A DNA stretch of 64,000 bases. It comes from Bdellovibrionales bacterium. GTDB lineage: Bacteria > Bdellovibrionota > Bdellovibrionia > Bdellovibrionales > UBA1609. Made by a program: the position numbers and the translations under genes. The notes beneath the pieces are model-generated. The model searched no databases. It was not told the DNA's origin and was given only the letters and a program-made list of their open reading frames with translations. Position 1 is the first letter of the stretch. Each line of letters starts with the position of its first letter. Where the stretch lies: the NCBI GenBank assembly GCA_020628165.1, contig JAHDFM010000008.1:2247-66246 (forward strand), in the 5' to 3' direction. Positions 19,494 through 27,032 of this stretch are shown piece after piece.

Positions 19494-19714
19494 ATAATTT
19501 TTTACATATTAGAAAAATCAATTGTCGATGAGTGTGTTCAGCTCATCGATAAAACGTCTTGGCCCAGGAAACTCTTTCCTAGAGATAGATCTAAGTGTTG
19601 ACTTCACTTTTGTCGCAAATTAATTCATACTGCCCCTTATTACAGACTTAAGTTCAATAGCAATCAAATATTGCGTTTTAATATCAAGCCTTCTCTATTA
19701 CCATAGCTATAGTT

Positions 19715-22369
19715 ATGTCTACTCGAAAGATGAACTTAGTTATCTTAATTGCGAGTCTCTTTTTGTTTCATGTCAGTTGTGGTGGCGGTTTTAGCCCGAA
19801 AGGAACAGGCTCCGGCGGAGGTGGGTCGACAGCACCAGCGGTTTCTTTCCAGTGGGATTTTGATTTAGTATCTAACTACAACCTAACAGAAGGCGAAGTT
19901 GAAGTGAGCGGCGGACAGGCTCGTGTGCTTTTACAGAGTTTCGAAATTGACGATGCAGCAGACTTTGGCGGCGGTACATTGATAGGCGCAGTTTATGATG
20001 GTGTGACATCAAATTTAACTATCGACTCGGGCTCTGCCACTAACGAACTCACAGCCAACAATTCACCCCAGTTCAGCGAACTAGTAGGTTACTGGACTTT
20101 TGAAGGCAATTTTAACGATTCTTCTACTGAGCTGAACAATGGCACGGCGGTGGGCGATGCGGTCGGTGACACAGCTGTTTTTAAAGTGGGTGCTGAGAGC
20201 TTGTTGCTCGATGGGGCTGGTGATTACATTACGGTTCCTGATGATGACAGCCTTGATTTAGACATGGCTGACCAGTTGACTCTATCAACTTGGATTAAGT
20301 ATCCCACTGTCGGCTCAACAGATCGTATCCTTGCAAAAGGATGTTTTGACGGAACTAATTGGGTCGACTTGTCTTACATGCTTAATAAAAACAATGATGA
20401 GTCCGTGAGCTTTAGTATCTCAGCTGATGGTGTGACAATTGTTAATTTAAATTCTGGAATCACGCTCAGGCCCAATCTTTGGTACCACATAGCGAGCACT
20501 TATGACGGTGCTACAATGTCTATTTACATAAATGGGGAGTTAGTAAATACGGGAGCTCATACCGGCAATGTTTTTAACGGAGCTCAAGAACTCAATATTG
20601 GAACGCGTAGAGATGGTCCAGGCTGCGCTAGTTTCACTCAATATTTCGAAGGTAACATTGATGATGTTGCCATATGGAAGCAAAGTTTGACTGCCGATGA
20701 AGTGAGTCAGGTTTTTCATTTGCAAAAGCAAAGATACCACGCCATTTTCGAATCGGCTGTGATTGACTCAGGCTCGAGCCTATCGCCTTGGCCAAGACTG
20801 GCTTGGGAAACGCCGCGACCTTATTTTAAAGAATTCCCAGGAGACACCACGGGGGACGGCACTACAGAGAGTGAAAGCGTTGGCGGCAGGTATCCACTCG
20901 TAGCCGGTAGTGGTGGGGAAGGAATCAACAACAACAATATGAGCCAATTGATTATGTTGTTGCGACTTAATAATGAGGCTGGGCCATTTACAGGTGTTGC
21001 CGGTGAGATGGCCGATAGTTCTGGACAGACCAACGCTGCTAACGCCAGTGGTGGTTCAATCAACACAGAAAGCGCCATCTTTTATCAGGGAGTTTATGTC
21101 GATGGGTCCGCCATTCATATCGATGTGCCCGGATTTGTCTCGAATCCAGATTTTACTGATGCAAAAACCATTTCTTTTTGGCTTAAAATTGACCCAAACC
21201 AAGTAGACACAGTGGCAACAACCAATACCATTATTTTAGATGGTGACGGAACGAGAAGTTTAAAAATTGGTTACCACAACTCAACGGCATTGCCTGCTGA
21301 TATTGGTAAAGTGTTTTTAGAGGTTGACGACAGTGTGACCACACTCAGTTTAACTTCGACGTCACGAATTGATGACGGGAACTTTCATTTAGTGACGGCT
21401 GTGCACACGACCACTCCAGGTTTAGAATACATTCTTTACATTGACGGTGCTCCTGAAGCAAATATAGCCAACACCACCGTGGGAAGTTACGGCGGAGCTT
21501 ATACATTTAGTATTGGAGATGCGGTTGAGAATTTTTCAGGGGTCATTGATGAGGTAGCTGTGTGGGCTAGAGGTTTGCACGAAAAAGAAGTGGAGCAAGC
21601 GTATCGAAGAGGAGCTAACCGAGTGAAGTTCCTAGTGAAGAGTTGTGCAGATCCAGCCTGTATCTGCCAAGGTTTTGGTCCCGGTGGAAGTGCTACCGAT
21701 TGTGATGGGGATGGCAACTTAAATGGAGTCGACACCAGTGACGCTTTTTTTGCGACATGGTTAGGTGTTGATAATTCGAGCAGCAAACCATTTTCGGAAC
21801 TCGTGAACAACACAGCCATAAGCGCTAGTGGACAGGGGAGTGGCTTTGTCAATGTCGTTAGCCCTACTCTTGATTTTGCTGACTTTGCTGGAAGTGGTTT
21901 CACAGTTTCCAACAATCAGTACTTTCAATTTAAAATAGATTTAGAATCAGAAAATAATATTAGCTGTGACGGTGTCACATGCTTGCCTCAAGTCACAAAC
22001 GTTAGCATCGCAAGCAATAACTTTTTTGGTGGACCACAAGCTATCAGCGCAACAAACTCATTCTCATACGCAAGCACCGTGGTTGATATCAGTTTTAACG
22101 AAGTGGGTGGTGCTAACTGTAACTTTGAATATCAATTGTCTAATGACGATGGGGTTACCTGGTATTATTACAGCACCGGAAGTTCGTCTTGGATACTAGC
22201 GGCGGGACCAACAGACACATCTAATGAATCAGAAATTCGCTCAGGTATCAGTACATTTCACACAGTTCCCGGAACAAGAGATTTCACATTCAAAGCTTTT
22301 ATTGAATCTGTGGATACAACAACGAGTTGCACTCTTGATCAAGTCAGTGCCTCATTCACAGCTATATAA
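19715..22369 (+). CDS. Large lipoprotein with two LamG / concanavalin-A-like (Laminin_G_3) domains
   Basis: Lipobox FHVSCGG. Two copies of the LamG_3 pattern (LDGAGDYITVPDDDSLDL...LTLSTWIK...WYHIASTYDG...IYINGE...IDDVAIWKQSLTADEV, and a second ending IDEVAVWARGLHEKEV). Confidence 0.85.
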   Translation: MSTRKMNLVILIASLFLFHVSCGGGFSPKGTGSGGGGSTAPAVSFQWDFDLVSNYNLTEGEVEVSGGQARVLLQSFEIDDAADFGGGTLIGAVYDGVTSNLTIDSGSATNELTANNSPQFSELVGYWTFEGNFNDSSTELNNGTAVGDAVGDTAVFKVGAESLLLDGAGDYITVPDDDSLDLDMADQLTLSTWIKYPTVGSTDRILAKGCFDGTNWVDLSYMLNKNNDESVSFSISADGVTIVNLNSGITLRPNLWYHIASTYDGATMSIYINGELVNTGAHTGNVFNGAQELNIGTRRDGPGCASFTQYFEGNIDDVAIWKQSLTADEVSQVFHLQKQRYHAIFESAVIDSGSSLSPWPRLAWETPRPYFKEFPGDTTGDGTTESESVGGRYPLVAGSGGEGINNNNMSQLIMLLRLNNEAGPFTGVAGEMADSSGQTNAANASGGSINTESAIFYQGVYVDGSAIHIDVPGFVSNPDFTDAKTISFWLKIDPNQVDTVATTNTIILDGDGTRSLKIGYHNSTALPADIGKVFLEVDDSVTTLSLTSTSRIDDGNFHLVTAVHTTTPGLEYILYIDGAPEANIANTTVGSYGGAYTFSIGDAVENFSGVIDEVAVWARGLHEKEVEQAYRRGANRVKFLVKSCADPACICQGFGPGGSATDCDGDGNLNGVDTSDAFFATWLGVDNSSSKPFSELVNNTAISASGQGSGFVNVVSPTLDFADFAGSGFTVSNNQYFQFKIDLESENNISCDGVTCLPQVTNVSIASNNFFGGPQAISATNSFSYASTVVDISFNEVGGANCNFEYQLSNDDGVTWYYYSTGSSSWILAAGPTDTSNESEIRSGISTFHTVPGTRDFTFKAFIESVDTTTSCTLDQVSASFTAI

Positions 22370-22434
22370 AATAAGATTTTAAAGTATTATGAGAATAATT
22401 GCTCAGCTAAAATTGAATTAATTTATGAGTGCTA

Positions 22435-22548
22435 AAAGAGGTGGAACACTTGCATCCCGCACGCAGTTCCATGGGTGCGCTGCCCGTCGCAGGCGTGCAG
22501 TGCTGCCCATGGCTGTTTGAGTACGGGAAGTAAGTGTTCCACCTCTTT
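22435..22548. repeat. GC-rich 114-nt extended hairpin / palindromic element (candidate structured RNA or terminator)
   Basis: AAAGAGGTGGAACACTT (22435-22451) is the perfect reverse complement of AAGTGTTCCACCTCTTT (22532-22548). Inner pairings TCCCG/CGGGA and CCATGGG/CCCATGG continue the stem. The element is markedly more GC-rich than its flanks. Confidence 0.7.
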
Positions 22549-22629
22549 GGGTCTTATAAATATCTTACATTTTACTTGCGTGATTGTTCGAAGCGAGAAG
22601 GTTAGTTTCTAGATAAATACTATTTTACA

Positions 22630-23247
22630 TCAAAGCTGTGGGCTTAGGTTCATTTCCTCTTGCTTAGTTTCAGTTTGTTTTGAAAGGTTGGGGTTGAAGT
22701 GTTCGCGACATCTGGCTTCGTATAAGTCGAAAGAGCCAACAAGGATGTCGTCAGTGTTTTTGACTAAGCGCTGAGTTTTGGTGGCAGCCTCGCCGCAAAC
22801 CATACAAACAGCATATTGTTTGCGAATGATGTCACTGATAGCTAAGAGGTGAGGCATGGGGCCGAAGGGGAGTCCTTGCCAGTCGGTGTCGAGACCAGCA
22901 AAGATCACACGACGACCATGGTTCGCCAACTTTTGAGCCACTTCAATGATTGAGTTGTCAAAAAACTGGGCTTCATCAATCCCGACAACTTGTGTGTTGT
23001 GTTTTAAATTTTGATAGATTTCTTCTGGTTTTTCAATCACTATGGCTGGCACTTTCATTTGGTCGTGGGTGCTCACTTCGGTATCAGAGTACCTACGGTC
23101 AATGTGTGGTTTAAAGACTTGGTAGTTTTGTTTGGCGTACTCACACCTTTTGAGTTGTCTTAAAAGCTCTTCTGTTTTTCCGCTGTACATGCAGCCACAG
23201 ATAGTTTCAATAATTCCAGAAAAGTTTTTTTTAAGTGGGTGGTTCAT
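22630..23247 (-). CDS. tdk: Thymidine kinase
   Basis: P-loop GCMYSGKTEEL, DEAQFF motif and C-terminal zinc ribbon CMVCGEAATKTQR...YEARCREH. Confidence 0.95.
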   Translation of the reverse strand: MNHPLKKNFSGIIETICGCMYSGKTEELLRQLKRCEYAKQNYQVFKPHIDRRYSDTEVSTHDQMKVPAIVIEKPEEIYQNLKHNTQVVGIDEAQFFDNSIIEVAQKLANHGRRVIFAGLDTDWQGLPFGPMPHLLAISDIIRKQYAVCMVCGEAATKTQRLVKNTDDILVGSFDLYEARCREHFNPNLSKQTETKQEEMNLSPQL

Positions 23248-23555
23248 AGGGTGCTGTCTTTGTTAAAGTTAAGTTAGAGAAAGATGTTTGCAGGCCTCGG
23301 CAAAGGATTCAATTTATTTTTGTAACCTGCTTAAAAATTAATGATTGCCTTTGGTTGAGCGGGTTTTAATCGCTTTTGCTGTCTGACTTATTGACAGTTC
23401 AAACAGGAAGTCAAAGTGTTGAGAAAGATTCAGCTTTCTCAAACTGAGTCATCATACTTTAGACAAGGCAGCAGTCTCAATTCAATCCATTTGCTAATAT
23501 ATTCTACAATTTATGACAAAAGTTGTTATAATTTTAACAAGTGTACGGGGGATTC

Positions 23556-24878
23556 ATGACGAACAATAGAAGGCCAATTATTGTTGCAATGTTATTAATG
23601 TTAATGGTGGGCACTGGAGTTGCTTTCCAAAATTGTGCTCAGCCTTTAGATCCATCGTTGCTTGAGCAAAGTTCAACGCAAAGAAACCCAGATACAAATC
23701 CAAATTCTTCGCAAAATCCAAATCAGTTAGATGTCACCTTCACTATGTTTCCAAATCCAGCAACGGAAGGCAGTGTCGTTGGAATCTATCCAGATATAAA
23801 TACGGATAGTAAAGAACAACATATTTATGAATATCGTTTGAATGGCCAAACGGTAGGGCGTGATCCAACTTTATCAACTCGTTTAAAGAAAACAGATGTG
23901 TTAACTTTTACAATTACCATTGGTTCAACCGTGAAGGAATATACAGTTCCTGTGATTGTTGAAGCTGCTGATAATAACCCTGCAGATGACAACAACCCGA
24001 TTGATACAAGTGTGAAAGGTAAACTTTATATCAAGGGAGCTTCGGGCTCTCCAGAGTTAAAACCACAATATTTAAATCATGCCGAAGAAAGAACATTTAT
24101 AGTGCAATTAGATTATGCCAAAATGGGCAATGGCGCTGCCATGGAAAACTCGATTCGCTTTAGGTGGGAGACTTATTCGCTAAATCAAGTGACTCCAACC
24201 TTAAGAGCTCCATGGGCTTTAACTAATGGGGATAGAACCTCTATCTCTACTAAAGCGGACTACAAAGAAATTGTTAGATATTACCGAGTGCAAGCTTATG
24301 ACTTGCTCGACGAGAGTAGAAAGAGTGACTGGTCCTACTTTTCTGTTGTTACAAAGAATTATAAACAGTCAACACAAAGAGTGACCACTGGAAATCGAGT
24401 GTCATCAGATATGAATGGCTGGATTTGTGCGACACCATATGTGATGACTGGAATTTATTTAAAACAAGGATTGAATAATTTTTCTGGAATCAGGTGTAGT
24501 TTACCGATGAAAGCTAGCAAAACAAGTTGGTTTGGCACTGGCGCATTGACCAACTACTATGCCTATAAGTCAGGTCATAAATACTGCAATGATGTACAAG
24601 CGGCATCAGACCAATTAGTCATCGGTATACCTAAGACTTACAAAGAGGTCTATACAACACTTTCAACTCGTTTTTACTTTCAATGTGCAAAGGTTTCTGG
24701 AGCCGCTTATGATCGACGTGGAGAGGTTAAAATGTTGTATCCAACAGACGCTCAAGAAAAGTTTTATAGTTGTCCAACAGATCAATACGTAATGGGCTTA
24801 AAGCGTGACTATTACAACTCACAATACAACAAGCGTCGCCTACTCAATACACTGATCTGTGGAAGATTAAGTCCCTAG
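23556..24878 (+). CDS. Hypothetical lipoprotein with a C-terminal Cys-paired triple-repeat domain
   Basis: Start at ATG 23556 after GGGGGA (the ORF track opens at GTG 23541). Signal and lipobox ...GVAFQNC. The C-terminal third carries three Cys-bracketed repeats. Confidence 0.75.
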   Translation: MTNNRRPIIVAMLLMLMVGTGVAFQNCAQPLDPSLLEQSSTQRNPDTNPNSSQNPNQLDVTFTMFPNPATEGSVVGIYPDINTDSKEQHIYEYRLNGQTVGRDPTLSTRLKKTDVLTFTITIGSTVKEYTVPVIVEAADNNPADDNNPIDTSVKGKLYIKGASGSPELKPQYLNHAEERTFIVQLDYAKMGNGAAMENSIRFRWETYSLNQVTPTLRAPWALTNGDRTSISTKADYKEIVRYYRVQAYDLLDESRKSDWSYFSVVTKNYKQSTQRVTTGNRVSSDMNGWICATPYVMTGIYLKQGLNNFSGIRCSLPMKASKTSWFGTGALTNYYAYKSGHKYCNDVQAASDQLVIGIPKTYKEVYTTLSTRFYFQCAKVSGAAYDRRGEVKMLYPTDAQEKFYSCPTDQYVMGLKRDYYNSQYNKRRLLNTLICGRLSP

Positions 24879-24926
24879 ACTGCACTCATAATTTAAGCAA
24901 AGCACGATTTAGATAAGAAAAAAGTT

Positions 24927-24948
24927 ATCCTGAGCAGAGCGAAGGATC
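24927..24948 (+). repeat. Copy of the ATCCTGAGCAnAGCnGAAGG dispersed repeat
   Basis: ATCCTGAGCAGAGCGAAGGATC. Related copies at 25038-25062 (inverted) and 26710-26774. Confidence 0.7.
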
Positions 24949-25037
24949 TCAACAAACAATTCAATAAAAATAAAAAACGAATCTCAATATGAGATAAGTT
25001 AAAGGAAATCACTTCGTGCATGTATGGCATCCTCTAA

Positions 25038-25062
25038 GGCCTTCTGCTGTGCTCAGGATGAC
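25038..25062 (-). repeat. Inverted copy of the same repeat
   Basis: The reverse complement reads GTCATCCTGAGCACAGCAGAAGGCC. It forms an inverted pair with 24927-24948 around about 89 bp of AT-rich DNA. Confidence 0.7.
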
Positions 25063-25246
25063 TGGTCTTAGCTAGAAATGGTGATGTTGGGTCAATAGAA
25101 CAGAACTACAATCAACCTTAACGCTATTGTATTCTATATGATAATTTCTTTTCATAGAAAGTGTCTCACGACATTTATGTCAGTATCAGGTTAACTGCCT
25201 TTATTTTATTCTAAGTATATAACAAGGGAAAAAAGAGGGGGAAATT

Positions 25247-26605
25247 ATGAATAAATTAGTAAAGGCATTATGTGGGGTCAGTCTTTGTTTAGGATTGGTG
25301 GCTTGTAAAACAGAAGTTGATTTGTTGGAAAACACTGACCAAGCCAATCAAAAAGTACAATCATCACAAATTCCAAAAGAAAAAGAAATCATAGAAAGAC
25401 CAGAGATTGAAAAAACTGAGTTACCAGTTTCACTACTCGAGGCAAAGTTAACAAAAGATAAACACATTTCAATGACCATACAACATAGCGATTTAAAAGG
25501 GGTCCAGTATCGATTAGACGTTGGGGTTTGTCGCGAAATTTATCCAATGTCTTGTGATGCAAAGTTAAAGGCTGAAGTTATTGGTTATGTTGTTCAAAAC
25601 AACTTAACAGTTGAAAAAGATGTGTTGTTCACAGCTAGGGAGTACATTCAGCGAGGGATCGGCGAACTTGTCATAACAGATGATTTTGGTCGTTCGGAAA
25701 TAATAACTTTGCAGGAAAGAGAAGTTTATCTTGAAAGGGACATTCACGTTTCAAATGTTCAGGTCAATTCAAAAAACAAAACTTTCACCGTACGAGCAAA
25801 CCTTGGTTGCAACGGGTCTGGGCGCATTGAGTTGAGAAACTATGTATCTAAAGATGAGTTAGACTATCCACAAATACAGAGTGCAGCTGATGAGGCTTAC
25901 CTTAAAAGACCTGCCAAGGTTTTTAAGAAGATGAAAGCAGTGCTGGTTTATAAGGCGAATCACCATGTATTAAAGTCTGAGCCTCTTCCTGTTTTTCAAG
26001 ATGAAGAAAGAGCGCAGGAAGTTGATGAGATAAAAGCTGATGAGCCGATCTTTTGTCATGGCCTAACTTTGAAGTCTCAAACTTTTAAGTTTTCTCAGTT
26101 TGGTATTACAGCAACGAGTGGTCTAAAGATTGTGAATGCTTTTTCTCAAAAAGAATTTGAAATCATCGATACTGGCTCTAAGAATTCATTGTTAGCTGAC
26201 GTTCTAAAAGCTTATTTGAGTAAAGATAAAAGTAAGGTGATCATTCAGGTGTATGGAAACGGCAGAGCTCCTGTCATCAGAAACAGAGACTGTGCGTATC
26301 CGACGACGTTCACTAATTGGAGACGTCCTTTGCCACCAACTTTTTGCAGTGCAGATCTAGTTTTAGACATAAGACATATTTTAAGACCCATTGATCAGCG
26401 TTTTCAAGAAACTCAGAATGATGAGCAAGTAGATAATGCTTTGATTGCTCCTGATGAAATTTTTTATTCAACCAGCAGCTTCTCAGCAAAGTCATTAGGA
26501 TTAACAGAGGTCGGAATGAGACTCAACTTAAGACATAGCACAGGGCACTTAACGATTATTTTAAAAGCCAACAATGAATTAGAACTTTTCCAAGCTATGG
26601 AATAA
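25247..26605 (+). CDS. Hypothetical lipoprotein
   Basis: 452-aa ORF with an AGAGGGGG RBS and lipobox LGLVAC. No recognisable catalytic motif. Confidence 0.75.
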   Translation: MNKLVKALCGVSLCLGLVACKTEVDLLENTDQANQKVQSSQIPKEKEIIERPEIEKTELPVSLLEAKLTKDKHISMTIQHSDLKGVQYRLDVGVCREIYPMSCDAKLKAEVIGYVVQNNLTVEKDVLFTAREYIQRGIGELVITDDFGRSEIITLQEREVYLERDIHVSNVQVNSKNKTFTVRANLGCNGSGRIELRNYVSKDELDYPQIQSAADEAYLKRPAKVFKKMKAVLVYKANHHVLKSEPLPVFQDEERAQEVDEIKADEPIFCHGLTLKSQTFKFSQFGITATSGLKIVNAFSQKEFEIIDTGSKNSLLADVLKAYLSKDKSKVIIQVYGNGRAPVIRNRDCAYPTTFTNWRRPLPPTFCSADLVLDIRHILRPIDQRFQETQNDEQVDNALIAPDEIFYSTSSFSAKSLGLTEVGMRLNLRHSTGHLTIILKANNELELFQAME

Positions 26606-26620
26606 TTTAATAAGTTAAAT

Positions 26621-26654
26621 AAAAAAACCACCCTCTTGGGGGTGGTTTTTTTTA
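26621..26654 (+). terminator. Rho-independent terminator
   Basis: A-run, ACCACCC (26627-26633) / GGGTGGT (26640-26646) stem, then a T-run of 9. Confidence 0.85.
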
Positions 26655-26709
26655 CCCAAAACAATAACCTATAATACAAGTAAGACTCCGCCATTATGAA
26701 AAAGGATAT

Positions 26710-26774
26710 GTCATCCTGAGTAAAACTCCGTGACCTAAAGTAAAATACCACCATCCAGAGCAAAGCGAAGGGCC
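26710..26774 (+). repeat. Split or degenerate copies of the TCATCCTGAG...GCGAAGG repeat
   Basis: GTCATCCTGAG at 26710-26720 and CATCCAGAGCAAAGCGAAGGGCC at 26752-26774. Also a TCCGTGAC(C/T)T(A/T)AAG direct repeat at about 26726 and about 26804. Confidence 0.6.
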
Positions 26775-26951
26775 TAAGTACAGCAAAGTTCCGCAAACCA
26801 AAATCCGTGACTTTAAGCAAATTTAAGAGCCTTGGCCAAGTCACAGCGCACTCCTATATAAAAAAGAATACATCATAAGTAAATAGAATCACTTGGTTAT
26901 TTAGCAATTCAAAGCTTTTGCTAGTACAACACTTCGCCTCAAAATGAAAAA

Positions 26952-26967
26952 TAAAACAAACGTTTGA
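26952..26967. promoter_or_regulatory. Candidate TetR operator 1 (perfect palindrome CAAACGTTTG)
   Basis: TAAAACAAACGTTTGA. The 10-bp perfect palindrome is at 26957-26966, and an identical 16-mer repeats at 27004-27019. Confidence 0.5.
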
Positions 26968-26975
26968 TTTTTATG

Positions 26976-27003
26976 TAGACAGTCCGATATATCATTGTAT
27001 AAT
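26976..27003 (+). promoter_or_regulatory. Putative sigma-70 promoter of the efflux operon
   Basis: TAGACA (26976-26981), 16-nt spacer, TATAAT (26998-27003). It is bracketed by the two palindromes, and an AGGAG RBS at 27023 precedes ATG 27033. Confidence 0.5.
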
Positions 27004-27019
27004 TAAAACAAACGTTTGA
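27004..27019. promoter_or_regulatory. Candidate TetR operator 2 (perfect palindrome CAAACGTTTG)
   Basis: Identical 16-mer TAAAACAAACGTTTGA with the palindrome at 27009-27018, directly abutting the -10 box. Confidence 0.5.
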
Positions 27020-27032
27020 ATTAGGAGATATT

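Noticed and set aside
22435-22548. GC-rich rod-shaped hairpin as SRP (4.5S) RNA.
   Set aside because: The size and rod shape fit. The conserved domain IV features (a GGAA/GNRA apical tetraloop with flanking AGCA / GGAAGCAGCC-type symmetric loop motifs) are absent.
26464-26844. 126-aa minus-strand ORF.
   Set aside because: It overlaps the 3' end of the well-supported 25247-26605 gene, its terminator and the repeat-rich spacer. It has no RBS and its composition is odd, so it is probably non-coding.
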